In this document: positions 1 through 9,180 of the stretch, piece by piece
Layout: each line of letters begins with the position of its first letter
How positions within the stretch are numbered: position 1 is the stretch's first letter
From: a virus
Lineage: Duplodnaviria > Caudoviricetes
DNA length: 36,441 nucleotides
IMG/VR virus record: IMGVR_UViG_3300037483_001522
Location: 1 to 36,441 of that record
Direction: 5' to 3' (one strand)
Notes under the pieces: model-generated
Database searches by the model: none
Told to the model about the DNA's origin: nothing
Seen by the model: only the letters and a program-made list of their open reading frames with translations
Position numbers and translations under genes: made by a program

Positions 1-2002
1 TCGGGCGGTCCACGCCGTTGAGGAACGCAACCTCGATGGCCGGCAGCCGGTTCGGATCGGCCAGGAGATACCACGCCTTGCTCGACGCACCGGTGAAACT
101 GGCGTTGGCCAGGTAGGTGGAGCTGACCACCTCGAACTTGCCCACATGCGGGTTGCTTGCGGGCTTGGGCTTGTTGGCTGTGGTCGTTTCATTGACCTGC
201 AGGCTGGTCATCAGCAACTGCGCCGGCACCTTCAGCGCCGTGGGCACCAGCAACAGGTTGGCCGGGATGCCCAGCGGGCGACCGTTCGGCTTGGTTTGCT
301 CACCGAACAGGACCTCGGCGGCCGTCAGCCCGTCGATGGTCAGTGCCGTGTCCGCGCCCTCGGTGTAGTTGTGGTGGTCACTGCTGAAGAACGCGCTACC
401 GTCACTCTGCACCGGATTTTTCAGCCACAGCCCCCACACCGCGTCGGCGATCGACTCGCCCGCCCCCATGCCGATCTGGCGTGGGATGTCAGTGAACGCA
501 CCCATGTCGTCGTTGATGATCATCTGCCGCGTCAGCGCGAACATGATGCCATGGGTGTCAGCCTTTTGGCCGAACTTCTGCTCGTCCAGTTGCCCGTGCT
601 TGAGCTCACCGTCCGCTGCGACCGGCTCGAACTTAAATGCGCCGGTCATGCGGTAGCGGCTGTGTTCCTTGAAATCGTTGACCGAAGCAACCTTGGCGAT
701 CTTCCGCCACGCATCCTCGACGTAGTTGTAGCCCTCGAGCAGCATCTTGTTGGCGATGTTGCTCAAGATGCCCGGAAGTGACGCGGTGCTGAATGCAGCC
801 TGCAGCCATCCGGTGGCGTCGCGGCGGAAGCGCGGCAGTTGCTGGCCGCACGCCAGTTCGCAAAACTCCTGGATGCCCACGCCGCGTAGCTTGTCGGCCG
901 CTTCGAGGACCGGCTCAGCGTAGATCGCCTCGATGCGCGAGTTGGGCAGGCCGCTGGCCATCAGGGCAATGGCCTCGAACACCTGCGGACTGGTGTTGCG
1001 CGGGCGGGTTGACACAGCCGGCACCTGCGGACGTGACGCGCGCAATACGTGCAGTTCGGTGCGGCTCTCGTCCCAGCCCTCCTCGATCGCTTTCGCTTCA
1101 ACGTCGGGATGTTTGCCGGCGCAGATTCGGCGGATCGCCTCGACGCGCCGCGTCTCGGCGGCCATGCGACGACGCATGTCAGTCACCGGATCACCCCCGC
1201 CCCCGGAATTGTCGGCGGCGGATGCATTGACGGTGCCGGGAGTATCCGGGGACGCTGAATGCGGCTTCGGCGTGCTCACCTTCGGAGCATGGGGGGCGTT
1301 CTGGCCGGTGTCGTCGTCCGTCGTGGTGGCGGGGACGGTGGTTTGGACATCGGCCTGCGGCATGTCGGTATTCGTGGAATCAGGGGTCACGTCGGTTCCT
1401 TCCATAAGATCAGTCTCCTTCCGATGGTTGCTGTGGGCGGCGATGCGGGCGCTGGTGTTCGTGTCCGCGCCGCTGTCGACGAACGAGATTTCTTTGAGGA
1501 CGGCCTTGCGGACCACATGCAATGGCCCGGTGAAAGTCCTTCCGTTGACGGTGATGCTCTGGCCGTTGGGCACGAACTCGGCGTCGACGACGGCCGCGCC
1601 GATGCTGGCCTGCCAGGGGAAGCCGTTGACGGCGCTCTTGGATACGTCGCGGGCCCACGAGGTATCACGGCTGATCAGACCCTCGGCGACGATCTGACCA
1701 TTCTCGACGGTCACACGCTGCGTGTGGCCGACGCCCTGGCGCGGGTTGTGGTCGAGCCGCACCGGGATGTCCTGACGGTCGATGGCCAGGCCCTCGAGGT
1801 CCACCACGACCGGGTGCGGGAAGCCGGTGATCCGCATCGTGCCGCCGGTGTAGGCCACCATGCTGAACTTGGGGCTGGCCTTGCCCCCGCCCCCGCCCCC
1901 GCCCCCGGAAGACGTCTCGCTTGCGTCCGCCGCCTCGATCGTTAGCGGACAACGGAAACTGAGATAGTCAGGCTGGTGTACTGGAGGCAATGTAGTCTTC
2001 AC
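1..2002 (-). CDS. Prohead protease-major capsid fusion (Mu gpT-like C-terminal part), 3' end outside the window
   Basis: Not in the ORF track because it runs off the edge. My translation of both ends is in one frame: GTG at 2002, then KFSMVAYTGGTMRITGFPHPVVVDLEGL near the start and KAWYLLADPNRLPAIEVAFLNGVDRP at the edge. It follows the portal gene. Confidence 0.85.
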   Translation of the reverse strand, partial: MKTTLPPVHQPDYLSFRCPLTIEAADASETSSGGGGGGGGKASPKFSMVAYTGGTMRITGFPHPVVVDLEGLAIDRQDIPVRLDHNPRQGVGHTQRVTVENGQIVAEGLISRDTSWARDVSKSAVNGFPWQASIGAAVVDAEFVPNGQSITVNGRTFTGPLHVVRKAVLKEISFVDSGADTNTSARIAAHSNHRKETDLMEGTDVTPDSTNTDMPQADVQTTVPATTTDDDTGQNAPHAPKVSTPKPHSASPDTPGTVNASAADNSGGGGDPVTDMRRRMAAETRRVEAIRRICAGKHPDVEAKAIEEGWDESRTELHVLRASRPQVPAVSTRPRNTSPQVFEAIALMASGLPNSRIEAIYAEPVLEAADKLRGVGIQEFCELACGQQLPRFRRDATGWLQAAFSTASLPGILSNIANKMLLEGYNYVEDAWRKIAKVASVNDFKEHSRYRMTGAFKFEPVAADGELKHGQLDEQKFGQKADTHGIMFALTRQMIINDDMGAFTDIPRQIGMGAGESIADAVWGLWLKNPVQSDGSAFFSSDHHNYTEGADTALTIDGLTAAEVLFGEQTKPNGRPLGIPANLLLVPTALKVPAQLLMTSLQVNETTTANKPKPASNPHVGKFEVVSSTYLANASFTGASSKAWYLLADPNRLPAIEVAFLNGVDRP
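1883..1906. repeat. (GCCCCC)x4 tandem repeat encoding Gly8 in the capsid N-terminus
   Basis: Seen directly; reads GGGGGC x4 on the coding strand. Confidence 0.95.
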
Positions 2003-2036
2003 TGCTATTCTCTTTAAGCTCGGTTAGATAAGGGTT

Positions 2037-3026
2037 GTGACAGCCCGTTCCGCGCGTAGAATCGCACTTGCATGCATCTGCGACGGAAGGATGGCGGCCA
2101 TGGTATTGGGCGGCGCAAGGGTATATCCGGAGGATGAGCGAGGCATATGCCCTGCATGTGACGCCACGGGTATCCTGGGGATGCACTGGCCGCCGGAGCC
2201 GGGAGCGAGTTCATCCACATTGGACGCTAACCTTCTGCAGATAGCGTCCTCACTCGAGTGGGTAAGACCGCTCAAGCGGGGCCAGCTATATAGGTGCCGC
2301 AGGTGTGACCGGTGGTGGTATCTGGAACCAGAACATCCAATGATGCATCGAGTTCCGACCTCGCGACGGGAGTTGGTCGCCGAATGGGACGCACACAGCC
2401 TCCTACCTTCCGAGACTGATATAGAAGTCATGCGTGAAATCGGAGGGACCGAGTCCGACCTGTACGGCAACGGCGAAGGGGAGTTTAAGTTTCCATGCAG
2501 GGTGAACTGGACCAATGGCGGGAGCAGCGACCCTTGCGTCATCATTGTTACCAAACAACCACCCCTCTCTGAGTGGCAACACAGAACCGGGCTTTTCGCA
2601 GAGGTTGCCTCTGTGGAACCCAGCGGGTATGCCTTGCCTCCCGACGTGAGGGTCGCCACATACAACGCCCCGGAGGTCTCGATGGGATTCTGTCCAGTTC
2701 GACTGAAGTCGCCGTCCGGCGCGCCTTTTGTGATCAATGGTCCCTGCGACGTCTTCTGGCATGGGGACCTCAAGGGGTGCCAGATAAGCCTAGATGCTTC
2801 CGTCATGAGGCACAGAGACAACACCTCGATAATCAACACCCCGATCGATGCCATTTCCTTCGTGTACTGCGACTGGTTCGACGGTTGCGAAGATCTGGCG
2901 CTCGCCGGTGACTGGACGCCGGGCAGAGCATGGTTACGACCAGATGATGACAGGCGGGAGAGATCAGGCCGCATCGTCAATCTCCTCAAGAGATTCTTCC
3001 TGCCCCCCCTTACCAGGAAGCCGTGA
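2037..3026 (+). CDS. Hypothetical Cys-rich cargo protein (two CxxC pairs), start uncertain
   Basis: 329-codon ORF with protein-like composition, CPAC and CRRC motifs, visibly lower GC than its flanks, and opposite orientation to the head operon. Confidence 0.65.
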   Translation: MTARSARRIALACICDGRMAAMVLGGARVYPEDERGICPACDATGILGMHWPPEPGASSSTLDANLLQIASSLEWVRPLKRGQLYRCRRCDRWWYLEPEHPMMHRVPTSRRELVAEWDAHSLLPSETDIEVMREIGGTESDLYGNGEGEFKFPCRVNWTNGGSSDPCVIIVTKQPPLSEWQHRTGLFAEVASVEPSGYALPPDVRVATYNAPEVSMGFCPVRLKSPSGAPFVINGPCDVFWHGDLKGCQISLDASVMRHRDNTSIINTPIDAISFVYCDWFDGCEDLALAGDWTPGRAWLRPDDDRRERSGRIVNLLKRFFLPPLTRKP

Positions 3027-4430
3027 CTCACCGCCGGGAAGCGATTGGGCCAACCCCAGTTCCTCCATCAACTGCTTCTCCTTGGCCCTTTGATTAAGTT
3101 CCGTCTCCCAGTCCTTGCCTTGACGGGCGTACTCCGCCGCGAGCGTGGTGGTGTTGTTGGCCAGGCGCGTCGCCTGGGCGTTGGCTTCCTTGGCGGGATC
3201 AACGTGTTCGGTGCCGTCGAAGAACCACTGCCCCCGGAAATCAGCCCGGCGGCTCATCGTGCGCAGGAACGCGAACTCGGTCATCAACATGGCCTCGTGA
3301 ACCCATGCCGCAAAGATGGGGTCGAGGACCGTCTCAGCCAGGTGCGCCTGCTCGACGCGGATGGATTTAAAATAGGTCTGGTGATCCAGCCGACCGGAGG
3401 CGTAGTTGTAGCCGGCGCTGTTGCCGGCCGCGACGTTGAACGGCAGGTTCAAACAGCGAGCAATCTCGTTGAGGATCTCGCGCTTGAACTCGCCGTAACT
3501 CGTTGTGGGCTGTTGCGCTTCGATCTGTCCCAATCGCCAACCATCGGGCAGCACGGTGGCCATGCGTTTTTCAAGCGCGACCACGTCCATCGGTTCGAGC
3601 GCCTGCGCTTCGCCGTTGGCCGGGGCGTCGGTAAATAGCACGGCCGCGAAATCAGCCGCCGTCTCCGCCGCCGCAATCACCGCCAGCGTGTAACGCCGCA
3701 GCTGAGCGAAAAGCGGCAGTGCGGGTGTGATCTCCGGAACGCCCCGATGCTGGCCAGGCCGATCCATGCGGTACCAGTGCACCACGGCGTCGGCCGAGAC
3801 CACGTCATAGGACGCCTTCCAGGCGGTCAGGCTTCCGGGGTCGCCCGGATGCTGACGCAGGATCGTATAGGTGTGAGGATTGCCGTAGGGATCGAGGATG
3901 ATGCCGTCGATGTCGTTGGTCGTCGGCAGCACGGCCATGACAGGCGATGTGATGCGATCCGCCTCCACCAGTTGCACATCGAGTTGGATCGGCGAGTCGA
4001 TCACCGGGTTGGCGGTGAGCACGGCGAACGCCTCGCCGTCGGTGGCCTTGGCCATACGCATGGCGCGGAGTTTCTCAGCCAGGGTGATCGCCTTGGCCCA
4101 CTCAGTAAATGCTTTCTCGACGCGTCGGTTGATTTCCGGATCAGCGGTCAGAAGCTGCAGGCGTGGGCCGGTGCCGATGGCGTCGTTGGCGATGGTCAGG
4201 ACGATGCCCTTGGCGTAGGAATTGTTCGCCACCTCGTAGCGGGCACGCTCGCGGAGCTTTCTGCGGACGTCGGCCGAGGCGGCACCGTCCGCCGACATCG
4301 CATCGGCCATCGCCCAGTGCCGGGCGTTCTCGGCTGTGGTCTGAGCCGCGTCGTAACGCGCACGAACCACCGCCGGGAGGGATCGTTTCTGGGAGGAAGC
4401 TTTCCTGTCTTTACGGAACGGCCACACCAT
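2964..4430 (-). CDS. Phage portal protein, lambda family
   Basis: 488 aa; LRERARYEVANNSYAKG, RPGQHRGVP, NYASGRL and HVDPAKEA motifs; sits between terminase and capsid. Confidence 0.92.
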   Translation of the reverse strand: MVWPFRKDRKASSQKRSLPAVVRARYDAAQTTAENARHWAMADAMSADGAASADVRRKLRERARYEVANNSYAKGIVLTIANDAIGTGPRLQLLTADPEINRRVEKAFTEWAKAITLAEKLRAMRMAKATDGEAFAVLTANPVIDSPIQLDVQLVEADRITSPVMAVLPTTNDIDGIILDPYGNPHTYTILRQHPGDPGSLTAWKASYDVVSADAVVHWYRMDRPGQHRGVPEITPALPLFAQLRRYTLAVIAAAETAADFAAVLFTDAPANGEAQALEPMDVVALEKRMATVLPDGWRLGQIEAQQPTTSYGEFKREILNEIARCLNLPFNVAAGNSAGYNYASGRLDHQTYFKSIRVEQAHLAETVLDPIFAAWVHEAMLMTEFAFLRTMSRRADFRGQWFFDGTEHVDPAKEANAQATRLANNTTTLAAEYARQGKDWETELNQRAKEKQLMEELGLAQSLPGGESRLPGKGGQEESLEEIDDAA

Positions 4431-4627
4431 CAGATGGTTCCTCCCGGCGAGATCTTCGCGAGCTTGATCCCCAGACCCTTGGCGCGGCTGGCCTTCTTCG
4501 ACTCGAGGTACTTGTCGGCGGCGATCTGCTCGGAGAGCTTGTGCTGCTCGACGCTGCCCGAGTCACCGCTGGCTTTCGCTGGCCCTTCGGCATTAGTCTT
4601 AATGGATTCGCTGATCTGGTCGGACAT
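4430..4627 (-). CDS. Small putative head-tail joining protein (gpW position)
   Basis: About 65 aa between terminase and portal; stop overlaps the portal ATG; GAGGAG at 4639-4644. The start could be 4633 or 4636. Confidence 0.65.
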   Translation of the reverse strand: MSDQISESIKTNAEGPAKASGDSGSVEQHKLSEQIAADKYLESKKASRAKGLGIKLAKISPGGTI

Positions 4628-4648
4628 GAACACCACGTCTCCTCACTG

Positions 4649-4704
4649 TTGTCTTTTTGCAGGAGGCGGTGTTTTTTTGCGTGGGTTGGAGAAAATCCGA
4701 AAAA
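4649..4704 (-). promoter_or_regulatory. Bipartite motif copy 1 (CACGCAAAA-N14-GCAAAAAGACAA), upstream of head genes
   Basis: Same motif at 20484-20518 and 26450-26484; the extension aaatccgaaaaa is shared with copy 2 at the same offset. Confidence 0.75.
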
Positions 4705-4717
4705 AACTTCGGCAAGG

Positions 4718-7003
4718 TCAGCTGTCGCGCTGTTGCAGCGCAGAGAGCTTCAGGCGCTGGCGTGACTGACGTCGGCCTGAATCTACCCCCGGCAGCATCG
4801 CGCCCTGGATCGACGCGGCCACCGCGCAGCCGACCAGACAATCCAGCCAGTGGTTGTCCGGGCGCGTCGGCCGCAGTTTCCACTCGTCCACCATTCGGCC
4901 CTGGGCCATCGCCGTGACGCGGTACTCGGCGGTCAGATGGTCGGCCAGCAAGCGATGCGCCTTTTCGTCACGACCGAAGAGGGACAGACACCCTGGATCA
5001 CCCATGGCCACCGATAGCCGCGCGTGTGAGAACGTCTTCCAGTAGTTGGTATCGACCAGCACGTGCCGAACCTGCCGCTTGCCGATGGTGTTGGGGATGC
5101 GCCAATGCAGGCCGACGCGGTCGCCACGCCTGCGCTTGTATTCACTGAACGGGATGCTGGACGCGCCGACGTACTTGCCGTGGGCGGGCAGCAGCAGGCC
5201 CGCATGCGGGCTCTGGCGGCAGAATTGATACACCACGTCCGTACTCTGCCCCCAGTTGGCGTCGATCAGGCAGCGGTCGATGCGCATCTCCGCGCCGTCC
5301 TCGCGCCGATAGGGGCGGGAGAGTTTTTCGGCGGTGAGCTTGTCGAGAGCGGCATAGATTTGCCCCTCCATGCCCGCCCCCGGATGAGCGCGACCCAGCG
5401 TCGATGCCACATCGTTCAGCGTGAAATACACACGCTTCTGCTCGGGCCAAGTGCCGTAGTCGACGATGTAGCCGGTGAAGTCCTCCTCCCAGGCGCAGAG
5501 CATCCAGAACAGCACGCGCTGCTGCACGTCGATGAACATGGTCAGGTGACTGGCACCCAGCGGAATCTCACCCGGAAGATAGCCATTGAGCTTCGCCGCG
5601 ATGGCTTCCGGGGGGAGCATCTCCTCGCCGATCTCCTCGACGATCGGCTCGTTCTGGTATTCGGCAAAGAACGCGGCCTCATCGCGATACCGCAGGTTCA
5701 TCGCGTGCTGGATCGCGCTGACTTCGTCCTCGTTGAACCGCTGGGGCCAGGCGATGAGCGCGCCTTTGTCCATCGCTTCACGATTGGCGATGTAGAACTC
5801 AGTCGCCGCCAACCCGTCACCGTCGTTGCGCAGGGAATCTGCTCGCAGTTCGGCATACTTTCCCCAGAGCTTCTCGCTCGAAGGGAAGGCGTAGACCATC
5901 TTCGTTCGTTCGCCTTGCCATTCGGGGTGTTTCTCGCGGTCGAGGATGTTGTCGGCCATATCCGCCGGCCGGATCACCGTGCAGGCTATGAGTCCCGCGA
6001 TCTTGCGCCCCGGCCCGGCCATGCCCAGCACGTCGCCGGCCAGAATCGCCTCGCGCCGCTGGCTCTGCGAGGGCGACCAGGCCGATTCGGTCGTTTGCGG
6101 GTCGTCGACCATCACCAGTTGCGGGCGCACCACCTGCCCGTCGGCGCGGGCATAGTTCTGCCCGCGGATGTCGCTGCCTTTCATGCCCGAGCAGGAGATC
6201 ACGACGCCCGACGCTTTGCTGCCCTGGATCGTGGGCAGCACGATGCGGTCGGACGACCAGTCGATCCGTGTCGGTTCGCCCTTGTGCTTCTGTCCTTTCT
6301 GCCGATTGGTGATCCGCTCGAGGCACTGGATCGGGTACGTCACCTCCGGAAAGTCGGCGTGCAGCAGCGGATTCGTCTCCAGCCAGATCTTGATGTTCTC
6401 AAGCAGATCACGGGCTCGCTCTGCACTGGCGGCGATCAGGCAGACGAACGGGCTGGCCCCGATCAGCGCCGACCAGAGGACCGCCGTCTGACACAGCACG
6501 GTCTTGCCGCTGCCGCGTGGCATGGCCATGGCGAACAGCCCGCCCGTGCGGACAGCCTTCTCGATCTTGTCGATCACGCGCAGATGATCAGGCGACCATG
6601 CGAAGTAGAACACCTCGGCGAAGTACGTCTCACAGAAACCCCGGAAGCCCCCGGGGATATTTCCGCAGCGAGCTTTCCGCGCTGGGTCCACGACAGCGGG
6701 AATCTCGCCGATGTCCTGGGCCGCGCGCACCAGTTCAGCGTTGCGATCGGCCTGCCGGCGCTTCACCTCCTCGTAGCTGGCCGCGTCCTCTTTTGGCTTG
6801 TGGTATTCGAGCGTCAGCCACGCGGCGTAGCGGAACAGGTCCACCGTCTTCGCGTCACCGATTGTGTACCCGGCACGGTTGCGATGCCGACGGAGCTGAC
6901 GCTCGTTGATCACCTCGCCCTGGCCCAGCGAGTTGAGCAGGCGGGCCAGTACGGCGGGCTTGATGCGGCGCGGGTTGATCCCGGGGGTCGCGTCACTGGC
7001 CAT
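4718..7003 (-). CDS. Terminase large subunit, gpA-like, with N-terminal wHTH extension
   Basis: Walker A MPRGSGKT, Walker B VMVDD, nuclease motifs FIDVQ and DNHWLDC; ATG at 7003 preceded by GGAGGT. Confidence 0.9.
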   Translation of the reverse strand: MASDATPGINPRRIKPAVLARLLNSLGQGEVINERQLRRHRNRAGYTIGDAKTVDLFRYAAWLTLEYHKPKEDAASYEEVKRRQADRNAELVRAAQDIGEIPAVVDPARKARCGNIPGGFRGFCETYFAEVFYFAWSPDHLRVIDKIEKAVRTGGLFAMAMPRGSGKTVLCQTAVLWSALIGASPFVCLIAASAERARDLLENIKIWLETNPLLHADFPEVTYPIQCLERITNRQKGQKHKGEPTRIDWSSDRIVLPTIQGSKASGVVISCSGMKGSDIRGQNYARADGQVVRPQLVMVDDPQTTESAWSPSQSQRREAILAGDVLGMAGPGRKIAGLIACTVIRPADMADNILDREKHPEWQGERTKMVYAFPSSEKLWGKYAELRADSLRNDGDGLAATEFYIANREAMDKGALIAWPQRFNEDEVSAIQHAMNLRYRDEAAFFAEYQNEPIVEEIGEEMLPPEAIAAKLNGYLPGEIPLGASHLTMFIDVQQRVLFWMLCAWEEDFTGYIVDYGTWPEQKRVYFTLNDVASTLGRAHPGAGMEGQIYAALDKLTAEKLSRPYRREDGAEMRIDRCLIDANWGQSTDVVYQFCRQSPHAGLLLPAHGKYVGASSIPFSEYKRRRGDRVGLHWRIPNTIGKRQVRHVLVDTNYWKTFSHARLSVAMGDPGCLSLFGRDEKAHRLLADHLTAEYRVTAMAQGRMVDEWKLRPTRPDNHWLDCLVGCAVAASIQGAMLPGVDSGRRQSRQRLKLSALQQRDS

Positions 7004-7214
7004 GGGCCACCTCCCGCACCAGGTACGCCACATATTCGAGCAGGTTGATCGTGTCATCCGCCCGGATCAGCCCGCCCGCCTCGGCCACAGCGCGCACCTG
7101 CTCCCCGGTTACGCGCCGTCCGTAGGCCGAGGCCAGCACCTTGGCCGCATCCGCCACGGAAATCGCCGTGATCTGCAGCTTCTGGGGTTGTTCATCTCTT
7201 TGTTTCATTGGCAC
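6993..7214 (-). CDS. Small wHTH protein, candidate terminase small subunit DNA-binding domain
   Basis: 73 aa directly upstream of and overlapping the terminase; ISVADAAKVL...TINLLEYVAYL. Confidence 0.6.
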   Translation of the reverse strand: MPMKQRDEQPQKLQITAISVADAAKVLASAYGRRVTGEQVRAVAEAGGLIRADDTINLLEYVAYLVREVAHGQ

Positions 7215-7333
7215 TTACGGCAATTTTTCCGGGGTCTGAAGATTCTTCGAAACACCTGGCCGACCGGCCTTGATGTTCTGGCGGAAGCATGGCTTCATGT
7301 GTGTGTAACACCAACATTCGCAAGGAGATAGAC

Positions 7334-7606
7334 ATGCGGACCCGACGAATCGAACTCGAAGGCAGCCACGGCCATGTCGCCATCGAACGCGAACGCGGCA
7401 GCACCACCATCCGCATCGACAGCATCATCCGCGACCCGCGCCGAGATGAACGGGCGTGGAAGACGTGGGAGGTCGAAGCCCGCGTCATCAGCGACGAGGA
7501 ACTTTTCGAGATCGCCACCGAGGTCCAGCGCCGCTGCGATGGGGTCGTGGGCACCAACAGCGACATACACGACTACCACCGCGAGCTGCAGCGTTTCGCG
7601 GACTGA
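7334..7606 (+). CDS. Hypothetical protein
   Basis: AAGGAG at 7322, ATG at 7334, strong GC3 codon bias; first gene of the plus-strand cluster. Confidence 0.75.
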   Translation: MRTRRIELEGSHGHVAIERERGSTTIRIDSIIRDPRRDERAWKTWEVEARVISDEELFEIATEVQRRCDGVVGTNSDIHDYHRELQRFAD

Positions 7607-7618
7607 AAGGGCAACGAC

Positions 7619-7894
7619 ATGACCCAATCCCAACCCATCCGGATTTCCCGCCGAGGTCGGAACCTCATCATCCGTCAGGTCTGCAGCCGCTACGGCGAGG
7701 TCTTCGATCATCTGGTCGAACGCCACGACGGGTCGCCCGAAGGCATGATCGCCGCCGCCGACCGGGTCAGCCAACGGATGTTTGAGCTGTACGACGATGC
7801 GTCCAACATCGCCAGCCAGATCGTCGCAACCGACGAACGCGGCCTGCCCCGATGGACCATCTCTCCAAACTTCCGCGTGATTACAAAACTCTGA
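7619..7894 (+). CDS. Hypothetical protein
   Basis: 91 aa, tightly spaced in the cluster, high GC3. Confidence 0.7.
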   Translation: MTQSQPIRISRRGRNLIIRQVCSRYGEVFDHLVERHDGSPEGMIAAADRVSQRMFELYDDASNIASQIVATDERGLPRWTISPNFRVITKL

Positions 7895-7909
7895 AAGGAG
7901 CACGCCACC

Positions 7910-8146
7910 ATGGCCAAGCAGACCGCCCGCGAACTCTACGACGAACGCCGCGAAGACATCGCCCGCGTTCTGGACTGGATCGAACTCGAACTCGACAAGC
8001 ACAAGCTCAACGCGAAGGCCAACCCCAAGGACTGGGGCTACGCCGGCGACCTTGGGCACGTCAGGGAGAAGCTCATTGAGACGCTCGCCTTCCTCTCCAA
8101 CGGCGAGGTACAGGAGATCGAAGACCTGCTCAGCGAATGTCGCTGA
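7910..8146 (+). CDS. Hypothetical acidic helical phage protein
   Basis: AAGGAG RBS; 78 aa; contains PKDWGYAGDLGHV. Confidence 0.8.
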   Translation: MAKQTARELYDERREDIARVLDWIELELDKHKLNAKANPKDWGYAGDLGHVREKLIETLAFLSNGEVQEIEDLLSECR

Positions 8147-8191
8147 GTCCCCGGAAACATGTTCTTTCACCCTCCAACAAGGAGAACTGCG

Positions 8192-8818
8192 ATGACGAAG
8201 GATCAGATTCAGATCGGCAACACGTACACGGCGAAGGTCACCGACAAGGTTGTGCCCGTTCGCATCGACGCCGAACATCCCAGCGGCGGATGGACGGCGA
8301 CGAACCTCGTGACCAACAAGAAGGTGCGGATCAAGAGCGCCCAGCGCCTTCGCGAGAAGGTCAAGGCGAACGCCGACGCGGCACCCGCCAAGCGCCCGGT
8401 GAAGAAGAAGCTCACCGCCGCCGAACGCGAGGCGTGGCAGGCCCAGCACAAGGCCGACCAGGTGAACGCCCGTGTCCGCGACGAACGGGCCAAGTCCAAG
8501 GACGGCATGACCGCCAGCGAGCGAGCCATGGCCGAGAGCGCGAAGGATGCGAAGCAGGCCAAGGCCCGCACCACCAAGAAACAAGAGGGCATGTCCTGCC
8601 TCGACGCCGCCGCCAAGGTGCTCGAAGAGGCGGGCGAGCCGATGAACACCAAGGCGATGGTCGAGGCGATGGCCGCCAAGGGCTACTGGACCAGCGACGC
8701 GCCGACGCCGTGGGCCACGCTCTACTCGGCCCTGCTCCGCGAGATGCAGAAGAAAGGCAATGACGCCCGGTTCACCAAGGTCGAGCGCGGCAAGTTCACC
8801 CTGGCGAAGGGAGCGTGA
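8192..8818 (+). CDS. Protein with Lys/Ala-rich linker and C-terminal HARE-HTH (HB1/ASXL-type winged helix)
   Basis: AAGGAG RBS; C-terminus MSCLDAAAKVLEEAGEPM...TPWATLYSAL...RFTKVERGKFTL. Confidence 0.8.
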   Translation: MTKDQIQIGNTYTAKVTDKVVPVRIDAEHPSGGWTATNLVTNKKVRIKSAQRLREKVKANADAAPAKRPVKKKLTAAEREAWQAQHKADQVNARVRDERAKSKDGMTASERAMAESAKDAKQAKARTTKKQEGMSCLDAAAKVLEEAGEPMNTKAMVEAMAAKGYWTSDAPTPWATLYSALLREMQKKGNDARFTKVERGKFTLAKGA

Positions 8819-8821
8819 ACC

Positions 8822-9178
8822 ATGGCACGTCACCATCGACAGCGCGACGTGGACTTCCGCGTGCTCGACGATCACCTCGAGATGGCCGTCAGTTTTCAGC
8901 GGCAGCCGGATCGCAACTACACGCATCGATGCACGCGAGACGTATTCCGCGAAGTCGCCTACGCCATCGAGGAACGCGCGGCGAACGGATCGACCCTCGA
9001 AGAGCTCGTCGAGGCCATCGACGCCCCGTATACGCAGGTAAACGTCGCGATGGCGTTCATGAAGGAGCGCGGCTGCGTCGAAGTCAGGCGTCGTCGCACG
9101 TACCCCGCTTCGGGCTGGCTTTACGAGGACGCCATGATCGAGTTCATGCACCTGGCGGAGTGCCCGCAGGCTGACTGA
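8822..9178 (+). CDS. Hypothetical protein with C-terminal winged-helix-like segment
   Basis: 118 aa, starts 3 nt after the previous stop; STLEELVEAIDAPYTQVNVAMAFMKERGCVE. Confidence 0.75.
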   Translation: MARHHRQRDVDFRVLDDHLEMAVSFQRQPDRNYTHRCTRDVFREVAYAIEERAANGSTLEELVEAIDAPYTQVNVAMAFMKERGCVEVRRRRTYPASGWLYEDAMIEFMHLAECPQAD

Positions 9179-9180
9179 AT

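Noticed and set aside
2024-3031. 335-aa minus-strand ORF as a functional protein or intein in the capsid gene
   Set aside because: Ser-rich shadow-like composition, no intein terminal motifs, and a TAA before the capsid; kept only as possible translational read-across.
5063-7048. 661-aa plus-strand ORF
   Set aside because: Antisense shadow of the terminase, expected in GC-rich DNA.
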